NCBI GenBank assembly: GCA_951406725.2
Contig: OX597842.1
Location: 22,134,001-22,198,000 of the forward strand
From: Octopus vulgaris
Taxonomy: Eukaryota
Reading direction: 5' to 3'
DNA length: 64,000 nucleotides
The translations under genes were made by a program, and so were the position numbers. The notes beneath the pieces are model-generated. The model did no database searches, had not been told where the DNA came from, and saw only the letters and a program-made list of their open reading frames with translations. Positions 49,872-63,069 of the stretch are shown here, one piece after another (within the stretch, counting starts at the first letter, position 1; the number at the start of each line of letters is the position of its first letter).

Positions 49872-50690
49872 GGAGATGTACTCGTATAGCAAGTGATTTG
49901 ATCTGAGATCGTGTGCTGGAACGAAAACAATTGCAGCGTGGAAGGTGTTTGTAAGCCATTTAAGAAACAGACAAAAGCTGTTCGATTCACTTCAACATTT
50001 AAATTTAATTTGTCAAAATATTTTCGTCGCTTTAAGACCGTGACCTGTTCACTGACAAAATTCCATGCTATATATATATATATATATAAGTCGTAAGACA
50101 CCTGCTGTTTTTGTCCTGTTATTACTATTATTGTTTTTTGTATTTATAGTCGTGTGGCATCGTCCGTTTTTCTGTCCTTGTTTCGTATACATTCTATCCT
50201 TTTTCCAAGAAATCTAATGCTCGTAGCTTAGTTTTTCCTTGGGACTGGCCGGATCGGAGCGATCTCAAGATTAATCAGCCGAAATTGCGAGGATGATCCA
50301 GTTCTTGACTGAAGATTAGAGGCTTCGAATGACCCGTCCGTTTTTTGTGTCGTCTATTTAAGTGTTTTGCGTTCTTGTCCCATTTTTTATATATATATTA
50401 CGGAGATGAACTCGCATAGCAAGTAATTTGATCTGAGAACGTATGCTGGAACGAAAACAATTGCAGCGTGGAAGGTGTTTATAAGCCATTTAAGAAACAC
50501 ACAAAAGCCGTTCGATTCACTTCAACATTTAAGTTTAATTTGTCGAAATATTTTTGTCAGTGAACAGTTCGCGGTCTTAAAGCAACGAAAATATTTCGAC
50601 AAATTAAACTTAAATGTTGAAGTGAATCAAACGGCTTTTGTGTGTTTCTTAAATGGCTTACAAACACCTTCCACGCTGCAATTGTTTGCA
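49872..50690. repeat. Dispersed ~200-bp element in direct and tail-to-tail inverted copies (Penelope pseudo-LTR-like)
   Basis: Copies at 49872-50070 and 50402-50690 (inverted pair); another at 4270-4375 (-). Confidence 0.6.
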
Positions 50691-50696
50691 TTAGTA

Positions 50697-51259
50697 TTAG
50701 GTTGTCCGGAAAGTTCGTGCCGATTTATAGTAGCTTACCTTTCGACTTATTTTAGAACATGGTTGAGTCCAAAAAATAGGATTTGACTACACCATTTAGA
50801 GCACAGTTTAAGCCTCCTTTTCGTGGAAGAAGGTTTATGTTCCTATAACCTGTGTTAATTCTGTAAACCTTTAAAATGGAAGATAAGAAAGTTCATTTTC
50901 AGCACTTGATACTTTCGGAACCAGACAAAATTTGCTGCAGCTTGGCTGGGATGTGTTACCCCACCCTCCATATTCACCAGATATTGCTCCTTTGGATTTC
51001 CACTTATTCAGGTCTCTGCAGAATAGTCTTAATGGTAAAAATTTCAATTCCTTGGAGGACGTAAAAAGATACCTTGATGAATTCTGTGCCATGAAACCAC
51101 CTCAATTCTGGGAAGGGGGTATTTTCAAGTTAAAGGAAAGATGGAGACGCATTGTGCAACAAAATGGTTCATATTTGGTTGATTAAAAATGTAATGGCAA
51201 GTATTTATTGACCTTTTTCTTTCCTTTAAAAATCGGCATGAACTTTCCGGACAATCCAA
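50697..51259 (+). mobile_element. Internally deleted mariner element
   Basis: TA TSDs; ~28-bp TIRs TT(A/G)G(G/A)TTGTCCGGAAAGTTC(G/A)TGCCGATTT; MEDKKVHF start joined to a HPPYSPDIAPLDFHLFRSL C-terminus. Confidence 0.92.
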
Positions 51260-52326
51260 TAATCTTTGTAATTTTATGAATACTGACATTTCAAAATATT
51301 CATCAAATTGGAATAAAGTAAAAGGAAGAATTAATTTGATGAAAAAAATGAATATGGAGATTTGAGAAGAAAAATAAATTTTACAAGCAAAATAAGCTGT
51401 TCACATCCAATGCTAAATCATTCAAGAAAGAAATAAGGAAGGAGAAAGTAACTGTTGAAGGCTCTACTTAGTGGGAGTGAACCCAGAACAATGTGGTTGG
51501 TAAGCAAGCTACTTACCACACAGCCACTCCTACAGCACGTTTATATAAATATATATATCTCTTTTACTTGTTTCAGTCATTCGACTGCGGCCATACTGGA
51601 GCACCGCCTTTAGTCGAGCAAATTGACCCTGGACTTATTCCATCGGTCTCTTTTTGCCGAACCGCTAAGTTACGGGGACTTAAACACACCAGCATCGATT
51701 GTCAAGCAATGCTAGGGGTCAAACATATATACGACAGGCTTCTTTCAGTTTCCATCTCCCAAATCCACTCACAAGGCATTGGTCGGCCCAAGGCTATAGT
51801 AGAAGACACTTGCCCAAGATGCCACGCAGTGGGACTGAACCCGGAACCATGTGGTTGGTAAGCAAGCTACTTACCACACAGCTACTCCTGCACCTATATA
51901 TATATATATATGACAGGCTTCTTTCAGCTTCTATCTACCAAATCCACTCGCAAGGGCTTTGGTTGGCCTGAGGCTATAGTAGGTGCCATGCAGTGGAATT
52001 GAACCTCTAAACATATTGTTGAGAACCAAACTGTTTACCACACAGCTACTCCTGTACCTACATGTTCACCATTTTGTTTTTTTTCATTTCATATTAAATT
52101 GTAGTGTAGGTATTTTTAGAAAATTTCAAAAATTCCATAAGAAAAGGTACCCATATTTCTGAAAGTTATGAGGAAACAAAGCCAACTGGGAAAATTTTTC
52201 ACTACAAATCCCAATATAATCGGAATTTGCACCATCTGAATCATATATGTAGAAAGTTTCCTTAAAAAATATCCATTTTTCTGGAAGTTATGAGGAAACA
52301 AAGTCAGGAGGGGGAAGACTTGTGAT

Positions 52327-52551
52327 GGTATTCCATCTAGCAGAATCGTTAGCACGTCGGGCGAAATGCTTAGCGGTATTTCGGCTGCCGCTACGTTGTG
52401 AGTTCAAATTCCGCCGAGGTCGACTTTGCCTTTCATCCTTTCGGGGTCGATAAATTAAGTACCAGTTACACACTGGGGTCGATATAATCGACTTAATACC
52501 TATGTCTGTCCATGTTTAGCCCCTTGTGGGTAATAAAGAAATAGGTATTCC
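52327..52551 (+). mobile_element. SINE S1 with TSD GGTATTCC
   Basis: GGTATTCC at 52327 and 52544. Confidence 0.75.
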
Positions 52552-52800
52552 TGGTTACTGATGAGATGAGGATTTGGCCACAGAAAATGAAGTGACATCT
52601 GACCCCTGACCTATGCAAGTATGGAAATGTAGGCATGATAATGATGATGATGATGATGATGATGATTCAGTGAATGTGAAATCTCATAATGAATCTGGAA
52701 AGCCAGGTTAAGAAATGCTGCAGAACTAGAAAAGGTGAAAGTGCAAAGACACAACCAGTTAAGAATGAGGTCCACAAAGCTATCATGTTTTGGTTATACA

Positions 52801-53059
52801 TGTGGGATGACGTCAGCAGCTGGGGAGCTGACCGGAAGGGGCAGCCGTGACGCGCGCGCAGCGAACGGGGCACTCTGCCTTTTCGAGTCAGGTCGTCGAG
52901 GGGTTAAGACGGTCATCACGTTGTTAAGGTTGGGTGAAGCAGCTGCTATCTCTAGCGTTCGGGTCGGGCTATGTTGAAGGATCCGTTACCGCTGAAGGGT
53001 CTCCGTCTGAGCGAAGTGAAGGTAGGGGCCTTTATTTTGAATCTCTCGCATACACCACA
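52801..53059. mobile_element. Solo LTR (259 bp, GC-rich)
   Basis: TGTGG...CCACA termini and 5-bp TSD ATACA (52796-52800, 53060-53064); absent from the homologous segment at 53750-54000. Confidence 0.85.
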
Positions 53060-54054
53060 ATACAATGCATCAAAAGTCAGGGCCCGTGACCATCCTGCAA
53101 AGAAGGGTTATCAAGAAGAGAGCAGGAGGCTGTCAAAGACAATTATGGCCTGACAACATCAAAGAACGGAATGGAAACAAGTACCCGGTTGTATCACAAC
53201 ACTAAGGGAACCGGAGAATTATGGCAAGCTGACCCCTGGATACAGGGAAGGAACAACATCATCATCATCATTTAACGTCCGTTCTCCATGCTAGCATGGG
53301 TTGGACGGTTCGACCGGGGATCTGGGAAGCCAGAAGGCTGCACCAGGCTCCAGTCTTATCTGGCAGTGTTTCTACAGCTGGATGCCCTTCTTAACGCCAA
53401 CCACTCCGTGAGTGTAGTGGGTGCTTTTTACGTGCCACCTGCACAGGTGCCAGGCGAGGCTGGCAACAGCCACGGTCGGATTGGTGTATTTTATGTGCCA
53501 CCGGCACGGAAGCCAGTCGAGGCGGCGCTGGCATCGGCCACGAGTAGGATAGTGCTTTTTACGTACCACCAGACCAGGGATCCTGGCTGGTTCAATTCGA
53601 TTTCGATTTTACTTGCCCCAACATGTCTTCGCAAGCATTATATCCACACACATTCAAAAAACTTCTTTCAGTTTTGGTTTACCAAATCCACTCTCGAGGC
53701 TTTGGTCAGCCCAAACCGGGAAATGCAGGGCAACAAATGTTGCAATATTAGAAAAGCTAAAAGTGCAGAGACACCTTTAGTTGAGAATCAAGTCCACAAT
53801 GCTTTCATATTTGGAGTACGCAATGGACTATGTGTGACTACCCAAGACCATCCTAACAAGGAAGTGTTGAGGGGAAGAGAACAAGAGGTCATCAAAGGCT
53901 TTTGCAGACTGACAGCAACAAAGAATGGACCGGAAACAAGTGTCCGGATAATGGCATGGAATACAACACAAATGGCAAGCTGACTCCTGGATACAGGGAG
54001 GACACATACTTGAGAATATCCATACATATTCAAAAAGCTTCTTTTATATTTTTA

Positions 54055-54533
54055 TTTCTTTATTGCCCACAAGGGGCTAAACAGATTAAGTCAATTATAT
54101 CGACCCCAATGAGTAACTGGTACTTAATTTATTGACCCCGAAAGGATGAAAGGCAAAGTCGACCTCGGCGAAATTTGAACTCAGAACGTAGTGGCAGACG
54201 AAATACCTATTTTTTTACTACCCACAAGGGGCTAAACAAGGACAGACAAACGGATTAAGTCGATTATATCGACCCCAGTGTGTAACTTGTACTTAATTTA
54301 TCGACCCCGATAGGATGAAAAGCAAAGTCAACCTTGGTGGAATTTGAACTCAGAACATAATGGCAGAAGAAATATCTATTTCTTTACTGCCCACAAGGGG
54401 CTAAACACAGAGGGGACAAACAAGGACAGACAAACGGATTAAGTCGATTACATCAACCCCAGTACGCAACTGGTACTTAATTTATCGACCCGGAAAGGAT
54501 GAAAGGCAAAGTCGACCATGGCAGAATTTGAAC
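54055..54533 (-). repeat. SINE S1 trimer
   Basis: Same unit and junction as the other S1 arrays. Confidence 0.8.
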
Positions 54534-55723
54534 GATTAGCCAAAAGTGCCACACAGTAGGACTGAACCTGATATCTGATGGTTGGGAAGCAAGCTTGTTA
54601 ACCATACAGTTGTCAGTTTCCTTGCATTGATTCATTAAGGCCCATCTTTCCTTTTTATTTCTGGTTGCAAGGTTTTCAACAAACCCTGTCACTACTTCCC
54701 TCCTGTAGATACAGTATTTGCTTATATTTAAGACAGGCAGGGTTCTGTGGTTAAGAAGATTGCTCAGTTACCCTGTGATCTGGGGTTCAGTCCTGCTGAA
54801 TGGCACCCTGAATATCTTCGGCTGTAGAGCCAGGCCAACCCGAGCCTTGTGAGTGGATTGGGTAGGGAGTACAGACACAGGGGCTGAAATTTGGTGGGAG
54901 GCAGAATTCGAACTCGGAAACTGAAAAGAAGCCCACCACATGTCTTTCTTTCTCTTTCTCTCTTTTTACTTGTTTCAGTCATTTTGACTGCGGCCATGCT
55001 GGAGCACCGCCTTTAGTCGAGCAAATCGACCCCAGGACTTATTCTTTGTAAGCCCAGTACTTATTCTATTGCTTTCTTTTGCGGAATCGTGACAGGGACA
55101 TAAACACACCAGCATCGGTTGTCAAGCAATGCTAGGGAGACAAACAGACACACAAACATATATATATATATATATATACGACAGGCTTCTTTCAGTTTCC
55201 ATCGACCAAATCCACTCACAAGGCTTTGGTCAGCCCGAGGCTATAGCAGAAGACACTTGCCCAAGGTGCCATGCAGTGGGACTGAACCCGGAACCATGTG
55301 GTTGGTAAACAAGCTACTTACCACACAGCCACTCCTGTGCCTGTATGTGAGAGCATAAATGTAGGTATGGTTTCATGGTTAAGTAGTCTGCTACCCAACC
55401 ATGTGGTTTTAGGTTCAATCCTAGGGTGTGGCACCTTGGGTCAGCCCAAACCTTGTGAGTAGATTTAGAAGGTGGAAGAGAGTGTGTGTATGTGTCTCCA
55501 CATCTTGACACATGTTTGTTGCAGACAGGTGTCATCTTTCTACATGTGGTGTTGTTTGTTTTCAATCTCCAATGGAAACGTGACCAACCACGAAGAAATA
55601 TTACTTTGCATGTAAAACATGTGATGGTTGGCATCAGGGAGGGCATCCAACCAAAGAAAACCTGTCTCAACAAATTCCATTTAACCCATGCCAACATGGA
55701 AAAGTGAACATTAAAACTCAAAT

Positions 55724-56117
55724 CTTTATATATAACAGTCAAGTTGTGTGAGTGTCTGTCTCCTACGATTTAGATTCCTAACTACTCCCACATTTTGCGG
55801 TGCAGTTTAACCAAAACCGGGTATCTTATAGTCGTGATTCATATCGAGCCATTCTGGGTATTAGCGCGCGTCTACGATGAGTCTACGATGTAAAAAAAAA
55901 TGTACCATAATTTTTTTCCATTTTAATGCATTTTTTTCGCTATTACATAAGGGAAGTAACTCTCTATAAATGTCTACGATGAGTCAACGATTTAAACAAA
56001 AATTTACCATCATTTTTTTTTCCATTTTTAATGCATTTTTTTTAGCTATAACTCTCTAAAAATGCTTATATAGTTATTTCCCTTACAAACCCGAGCAACG
56101 CCGGGCGATACTGCTAG
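55724..56117 (+). mobile_element. Non-autonomous Helitron family B
   Basis: TC start and hairpin+CTAG end. Confidence 0.8.
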
Positions 56118-56730
56118 TAGTTCATAATTCACAAATAAGAATTTCCCAAATCTTTAATGAAGGTGTTTCTCCCAAAAGAGACTACATTCATAGATTACAA
56201 GAATTCAAAGACAATGGGGTTTTTTTTCTTTTTCCAACTTAATTCATCATGATGTATGTTCAACAATGCATGCATGGTGAACTCATGAGTTGAAATTTAA
56301 AAGAAAAAGATTGACAAAGACATCAAAGAGGTGAACAACAATCTCCTTTATGAAACAAAAGGGACAGCATGGGAACCAAATGCTGGAATCCTCACGTTAA
56401 CCAAAATTGTTTATATTATAAAGTGATAATTAAGTCAAGTTAATTAATTTTGATAAACACAGGCACCATCATTTGTTTATAAATTCTTGATTAAACTAAA
56501 CATGTGGAATCAATGAATGTCTACAAAATTCCCAAGATGTGCGGTTTTGTGTCGGTAAAATTCATTATAGAATAGTAATTAACTCTGTTTAATTAATCTC
56601 AGTACAATGATGATTTACTTGTAAATTGAGTGAATGCGGTTGGTCTCTTCCTTTTGTAGTGTGAGTCAATGTTTATAAACGTATTAGATAGCCTCTACTA
56701 AAGTTTCACAGTTTATCCTCTACCAAAGTT

Positions 56731-58419
56731 TCAGTTAAAAGCCTTACTGTCTACTGAAGTGTCACAGTTAAAAGGCTTAGCTTCTACCAAAGTTTCACAG
56801 TTTGAAGGTTTAGCCTCTTCCAAAGTTTCACAATTTGACGGTTTAGCCTCTACCGAAGTTTCACAGTTTGAAGGCTTTGCCTCTACCAAAGTTCCACAGT
56901 TAAAAGCCTTAGCCTCTACTGAAGTTTTATAGTTAAAAGGCTTAGCTTCTACCGAAGTTTCACAGTTAAAAGGCTTAGCGTCTACCGAAGTGTCACGGTT
57001 AAAAGGCTTAGCTTCTACCGAAGTTCCACAGTTAAAAGGCTTAGCGTCTACTGAAGTGTCACGGTTAAAAGGCTTAGCCTCTACCGAAGTTTCATGGTTA
57101 AAAGGCTTAGGTTCTGCTGAAGTTCCATAGATAAAAACCTTAGCTTCTGCTGAAGTTTCATGGTTAAAAGGCTCAGGTTCTGCCGAAGTTCCATAGATAA
57201 AAGCCTTAGCTTCTGCCGAAGTTTCATGGTTAAAAGGCTTAGCCTCTACCACAGTTTTAAAGTTGAAAGCTTTCTCTTTAGCGTGTGTTTGTCTGTGTCT
57301 GTTTAGATTACTATTATCAACAAAAGATTTCCCGCACACTTCACAGTGATACGGTTTCAATCCGGAATGGCTACGAGTGTGAATAACAAGGCAAGAATTC
57401 TGAGTAAAGGATTTCCCACAGATGTCACAGTGGTATGGTTTCTCCCCCGTGTGGATTCGTCTGTGTCTGATTAAATCACTGTTAGTACCAAACGCTTTCG
57501 CACACACTTCACAATGGAAGTTCTTTTCTCCAGTATGAATTCGTTTGTGTTTCGTCAAGACATTATTAGAGACAAAAGACTTCCAACAGATTTCACAGGG
57601 AAACAGTTTCTCTCCAGTGTGACTCCGTTTGTGGATCGTAACCTTAGAATTAGTAATGAATGCTTTTCCGCAGATTTCACAGGCAAACGGTTTCTCTCCG
57701 GAATGGATCCGTTCGTGAATGACAAGATTAGCATGATCGAAGAAGGTCTTCTCACAGATTTCACACTGAAAAAGCTTGGCATCCGTGTGGATCCGTTTAT
57801 GTCTGTTTAAAACACTACTACAGATGAAAGATTCACCGCACGTTTCGCAATGGTACGGTCTTTCGCCCGTATGAATCCGCTTGTGTCTGGTTAATTTACA
57901 ATTTGAGACGAAAGACTTGAAGCAGATTTCACAATGATACGGTTTTTCCCCCGTGTGGATTCGCCTATGTTTTGTTAAATTGCTGTTGGAAACAAAGGAT
58001 TTATCACAGATCTCACAGCGAAATAGTTTCTCCCCCGTATGGCTACGTATGTGGATAACAAGGTGAGAATTCTGAGTGAAAGATTTCTCACATATTTCGC
58101 AATGATACGGCTTTTCCCCTGTATGGATTCGTTGATGACTTATAAAATAACTGTTATATGCAAAATATTTCCCACATATTTCACAATGGAATGGTTTGTC
58201 CTTATTGTGTGCGTCTTTATGCGTGAAGAAATCCTGTTCAGAATCGAAGGTTTTCCCACAAATCTCACAGCAATATTTTGGAATAGTTCCAATTATTGAT
58301 GCTTGATTAATAAATAGTTCGCTCCATAAAGGTTTCTCGTCTCTCTCTATCGATGTTGCTGAATCTACATCGGTAAAATCAGTTGTGGTAGAAGTGTCCA
58401 AGTCCTTAACGTCTTCCAT
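56731..58419 (-). CDS. C2H2 zinc-finger protein, 12 fingers plus ~16 x 11-aa C-terminal repeat, MEDV subfamily
   Basis: Intact 562-aa ORF; tail consensus (V/A)[10 protein letters not shown]. Confidence 0.92.
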   Translation of the reverse strand: MEDVKDLDTSTTTDFTDVDSATSIERDEKPLWSELFINQASIIGTIPKYCCEICGKTFDSEQDFFTHKDAHNKDKPFHCEICGKYFAYNSYFISHQRIHTGEKPYHCEICEKSFTQNSHLVIHIRSHTGEKLFRCEICDKSFVSNSNLTKHRRIHTGEKPYHCEICFKSFVSNCKLTRHKRIHTGERPYHCETCGESFICSSVLNRHKRIHTDAKLFQCEICEKTFFDHANLVIHERIHSGEKPFACEICGKAFITNSKVTIHKRSHTGEKLFPCEICWKSFVSNNVLTKHKRIHTGEKNFHCEVCAKAFGTNSDLIRHRRIHTGEKPYHCDICGKSFTQNSCLVIHTRSHSGLKPYHCEVCGKSFVDNSNLNRHRQTHAKEKAFNFKTVVEAKPFNHETSAEAKAFIYGTSAEPEPFNHETSAEAKVFIYGTSAEPKPFNHETSVEAKPFNRDTSVDAKPFNCGTSVEAKPFNRDTSVDAKPFNCETSVEAKPFNYKTSVEAKAFNCGTLVEAKPSNCETSVEAKPSNCETLEEAKPSNCETLVEAKPFNCDTSVDSKAFN

Positions 58420-59179
58420 ATCAATTCTTCAGGAATCTGAGACAAAAATCTGAGTAATGTTTTAAAGAATTATTTCTTACGGTTTAGCTTTTTGTCGAGA
58501 ATATTATCTGTTTCGGTTTACAAGTGTGGAAATTATGCAATGTATATTTTTTTTTTCCAAATTCCACACATATATTTTTGTTACATTTTCTACATTATCA
58601 TTACGTCTTCCATATCAATTCTTCAGGAATCTGAGACAAAAATCTGAGAAATGTCAAGTATTATCTCAAATGGTTCAACTTTTAGTCGTGACTCGTAGAT
58701 TTCGGTTCACAAGTGTGGGAATGATATATTTTTTACTGACCACAAGAGTTTTGTTCAGTCCTTTCCAATTTCCATACAAAAATATATTCTTGTAGGCGAA
58801 AAGACTTATAATTTCTGCATTATCAATACGGCAGTGTAAGATGAAAGAAAATGTGTATATGAACACATGTAGATGCCTAATAACTGATATGTATATATGT
58901 GTGTGCCTTAGTATGCGTGTATGTATGAATTTATACTGTGCACTGCGGATGAAAGAAAAGTCCGTGTGTTCTGTTGTATTTCTTTTGTTTTGTTTTTTTG
59001 AATTGATAATCAACAGAAAAGTCAAGCAGGATCAGGAAACCTATTCCCTCATTCGTTGGTAATTAAAATGGGTCCTTCTCTGTCCTGGTCTTGAGTAAAT
59101 AAATCAAGAAAAAACCAATTATGTGGGTTGAGGGTGAAATCATAAATCATAAAAAGGGGTGGAAGACCGACCTTGAAAT

Positions 59180-59420
59180 ATGTAACTCACCCGATATTGA
59201 GCGCAAACGTTAACGTTTACCTTAACGTGACATAATTACTGCAAATTTTATAATTAAATTAGCTGAACTAATTAGAAACTAATTAGCGGAAACGCTGGCG
59301 ATTCTCCTCGTTATCTGAATGAAACCGGTGCCGTTTACGATTCTCCCGTCTGAATATACACCGGTGTTGTTCACAATTTTTTCCCTCTCTCAATAAACAC
59401 CGACATCGTGAATTAACATT
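59180..59420 (-). promoter_or_regulatory. Probable promoter/exon 1 of the ZNF at 58419
   Basis: Donor CGG|GTGAGT near 59188, CpG-enriched, homologous to 41350-41550. Confidence 0.55.
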
Positions 59421-59449
59421 TCATTATACACATACACACATAAATATAT

Positions 59450-60037
59450 ATTTCTTTGTTGCCCACAAGGAGCTAAACGTAGAGGGGACAAACAAGGACA
59501 GACAGACGGATTAAGTCGATTACATCGACCCTAGTGCGTAACTGGTACTTAATTTATCGACCCCGAAAGGATGAAAGGCAAAGTCGACCTCGACGGAATT
59601 TGAACTCGGAACGTAACGGCAGACGAAATACATATATATATATATTTCTTTACTACCCTCAAGGGGCTAAACATAGAGGGGACAAACAAACGGATTATGT
59701 CTATTACATCGACCTCAGTGCGCAACTGGTACTTAATTTATCGACCCGAAAGGATGAAAGGCAAAGTCGACCTCGGCGGAATTTGAACTCAGAACGTAGC
59801 GGCAGACGAAATACCTATTTCTTTATTACCCACAAGGGGCTAAACACAGAGGGGACAAACAAACGGATTAAGTCTATTACATCGACCCCAGTGCGTAACT
59901 GGTACTTAATTTATCGACCCCGAAATGATGAAAGGCAAAGTCGACCTCAGCGGAATTTGAACCCAGAACGTAACGGCAGACGAAATACGGCTAAGCATTT
60001 CGCCCGGCGTGCTAACGTTTCTGCCAGCTCGCCGCCT
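59450..60037 (-). repeat. SINE S1 head plus three bodies
   Basis: Same unit as the other S1 arrays. Confidence 0.85.
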
Positions 60038-60289
60038 TACACACATAAATATAGGCATACCTACACATAAGTGCCCTACACCCAACAGCCAATTAAATTC
60101 CCACTTAATCGTAAATATAATCGTAATCTACAAACTCCGAAAGTCTTCTGTACAGAAGTTTAGAAATAGCAGCCAGAGAACCTTAGCTATTTCCTCTACT
60201 TTAAAAAGAGATTCTCGGACAAAAACAAATTACTCGAAAACAATCCACGCAGGCAGAGAGGAAGAATAACGAAAATCAATATATATATA

Positions 60290-60316
60290 TATATATATAT
60301 TATAGATAGAACGGGT

Positions 60317-60357
<41 letters not shown>

Positions 60358-60426
60358 TATAGATAGAACGGGTGTACTATATATATATATATATATATGT
60401 ATTTATATATTATAGATAGAACGGGT

Positions 60427-60469
<43 letters not shown>

Positions 60470-61173
60470 TATAGATAGAACGGGTGTACTATATATATAT
60501 ATATATATCTATACAATATGTTAATATATATATTTATATATTATAGATAGAACGGGTGTATAATATATATATATATATATTATAGCTAGAACGGGTGTAT
60601 AATATATATATATATATAGCTAGAACGGGTGTATAATATTATATATATATTATAGCTAGAACGGGTGTATAATATATATATGTATATTATAGCTAGAACG
60701 GGTGTATAATATATATATATTATAGCTAGAACGGGTGTATAATATTATATATATATTATAGCTAGAACGGGTGTATAATATTATATATATATTATAGCTA
60801 GAACGGGTGTATAATATATATATATATATTATAGCTAGAACGGGTGTATAATATATATATATTATAGATAGAACGGATGTATAATATATATATATATATA
60901 GTATAGATAGAACGGGTGTATAATATATATAATAGATAGAACGGGTGTATAATATATATATATATATCAGATAGAACAGGTATATTATATATATATATTA
61001 TAGATAGAACGGGTGTATAATATATATATATATATATTATAGATAGAACGGGTATATTATATATATATATAACTACAAAATTAGAGAATGGAGAAACATA
61101 CTTAAATATATATATATATAGTATAGATAGAACGGGTTTATAATATATATATATATTATAGCTAGAACGGGTG

Positions 61174-61219
<46 letters not shown>

Positions 61220-61570
61220 TAGATAGAACGGGTGTATAATATATATATATATATATATATAGCTAGAACGGGTGTATTATATATATAGTATAGATAGAAC
61301 GGGTGTATAATATATATATATATATTATAGATAGAACGGGTATATTATATATATAGTATAGATAGAACGGGTGTATAATATATATATATTATAGATAGAA
61401 CGGGTGTATAATATATATATATATATATCATACCTAGAACGGGTATATTATTTATATATATATATATAGTATAGATAGAACGGGTGTATTATATATATAT
61501 ATATATATATATATCATAGCTAGAACGGGTGTATTATATATATATATTATAGCTAGAACGGGTGTATAAT

Positions 61571-61605
<35 letters not shown>
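60290..61605. repeat. Array of ~30 ATAG(A/C)TAGAACGGGTGTA motifs separated by variable (TA)n
   Basis: Directly visible. Confidence 0.95.
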
Positions 61606-61654
61606 CTCAATTCTTATAGTTTTGGTTTTTTGAGAATCTTTAAGGATTTTATTC

Positions 61655-61777
61655 GTCAGTGAGAAGTCACATGACCTGGACTTCCTGTTCCGTTCATGGC
61701 TTCGTCAGATCGCGTCGTAATAACAACGAAATCTATTTTACTGTAAAAACTGGTTTATACAGCAACAACAGGTAAGG
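61655..61777 (+). promoter_or_regulatory. Probable promoter/exon 1 of a further + strand gene whose CDS lies beyond the window
   Basis: E-box GTCACATGAC, ETS-like ACTTCCTG, donor CAG|GTAAGG at 61771; homology to 43540-43569. Confidence 0.55.
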
Positions 61778-62119
61778 TATGTATAACATGTATATCGTTT
61801 GAGGTGAACATCGGTAACTGGGAACTTTCTGTTGCTGAGAGGTCGATATTAAATCCGGCATAATTGGACAAGTGCCCCTCCCCCCTTGGCTTTGTTTCCT
61901 CATAAGTTTAATTAAAATGAATGTTTTGTTATGTTTATGTTCCACTAATAACTTTCAGACGATGGGGGATACGATTATAACATAGTTTGGTACTACTGGC
62001 GAACAGTGTACCCGGTGCGCGCACTCGCGTACTCGCGCATCCGCGCCAGCTAGTCGTGACTAGTCGATCCATACTTTGTGTTTTTGTGTGTTATTTACTC
62101 TTTACTCTATTTTTTTTTT

Positions 62120-62315
62120 CCTCTTTTACTTGTTTCAGTCATTTTGACTGCGGCCATGCTGGAGCATCGCCTTTTAGTCGAGCAAATCGACCCCAGGACT
62201 TATTCTTTGTAAGCCCAGTACTTATTCTATCGGACTCTTTTGCCGAACCGCTAAGTGACGGGGACGTAAACACACCAGCATCGGTTGTCAAGCAATGCTA
62301 GGGGGACAAACACAA

Positions 62316-62375
<60 letters not shown>

Positions 62376-63024
62376 CGATGGGCTTCTTTCTGTTTCCGGC
62401 TACCAAATCCACTCACAAGGCTTTGGTTGGCCCGAAGCTATAGTAGAAGACACTTGCCCAATTTGCCACGCAGTGGGACTGAACCCGGAACCATGTGGTT
62501 GGTAAGCAAGCTACTTACCACACACACACTCCTACGCCTATTATATATAATAGTATTTATGGAATTTTGATTTACTGTAGGGTGACTTATTGTCCGACTA
62601 TTTTGCCTCATAACATCCAGTAGAATGATTATCTTTTAATGAAAGTTTCTATAAATACACTTCAGATGGTGTAGATTACGAATATATTGGAATTTGTTGT
62701 GAAAAAAATTTTCCTGTGGGTTGAAATGAGTTTCGGGAAATTCACACGAGACGGCTTTTGTTTTCTCTTAACTTTTTTTTTTTTTACTTGTTTCAGTCAT
62801 GTGACTGCGGCCATGCTGGAGCACCGCCTTTAGTCGAGCAAATCGACCCCAGGACTTATTCTTTGTAAGCCTAGTACTTATTATATCCACCCTTTTGTCG
62901 AACGGCTAAGTTACGGGGACGTAAACACACCAGCATCGGTTGTCAAGCAATGTTGGGGGGACAAACGTAGACACACAAACATATACACACGTATACATAT
63001 ACACACGTATACATATATGTATAC

Positions 63025-63069
<45 letters not shown>

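Noticed and set aside
53288-53983. 231-aa ORF
   Set aside because: Runs through an antisense retroposon and SINE fragments; no recognisable domain.
60290-61605. CRISPR-like repeat-spacer appearance
   Set aside because: Spacers are only (TA)n of variable length, there are no cas genes, and the context is eukaryotic.
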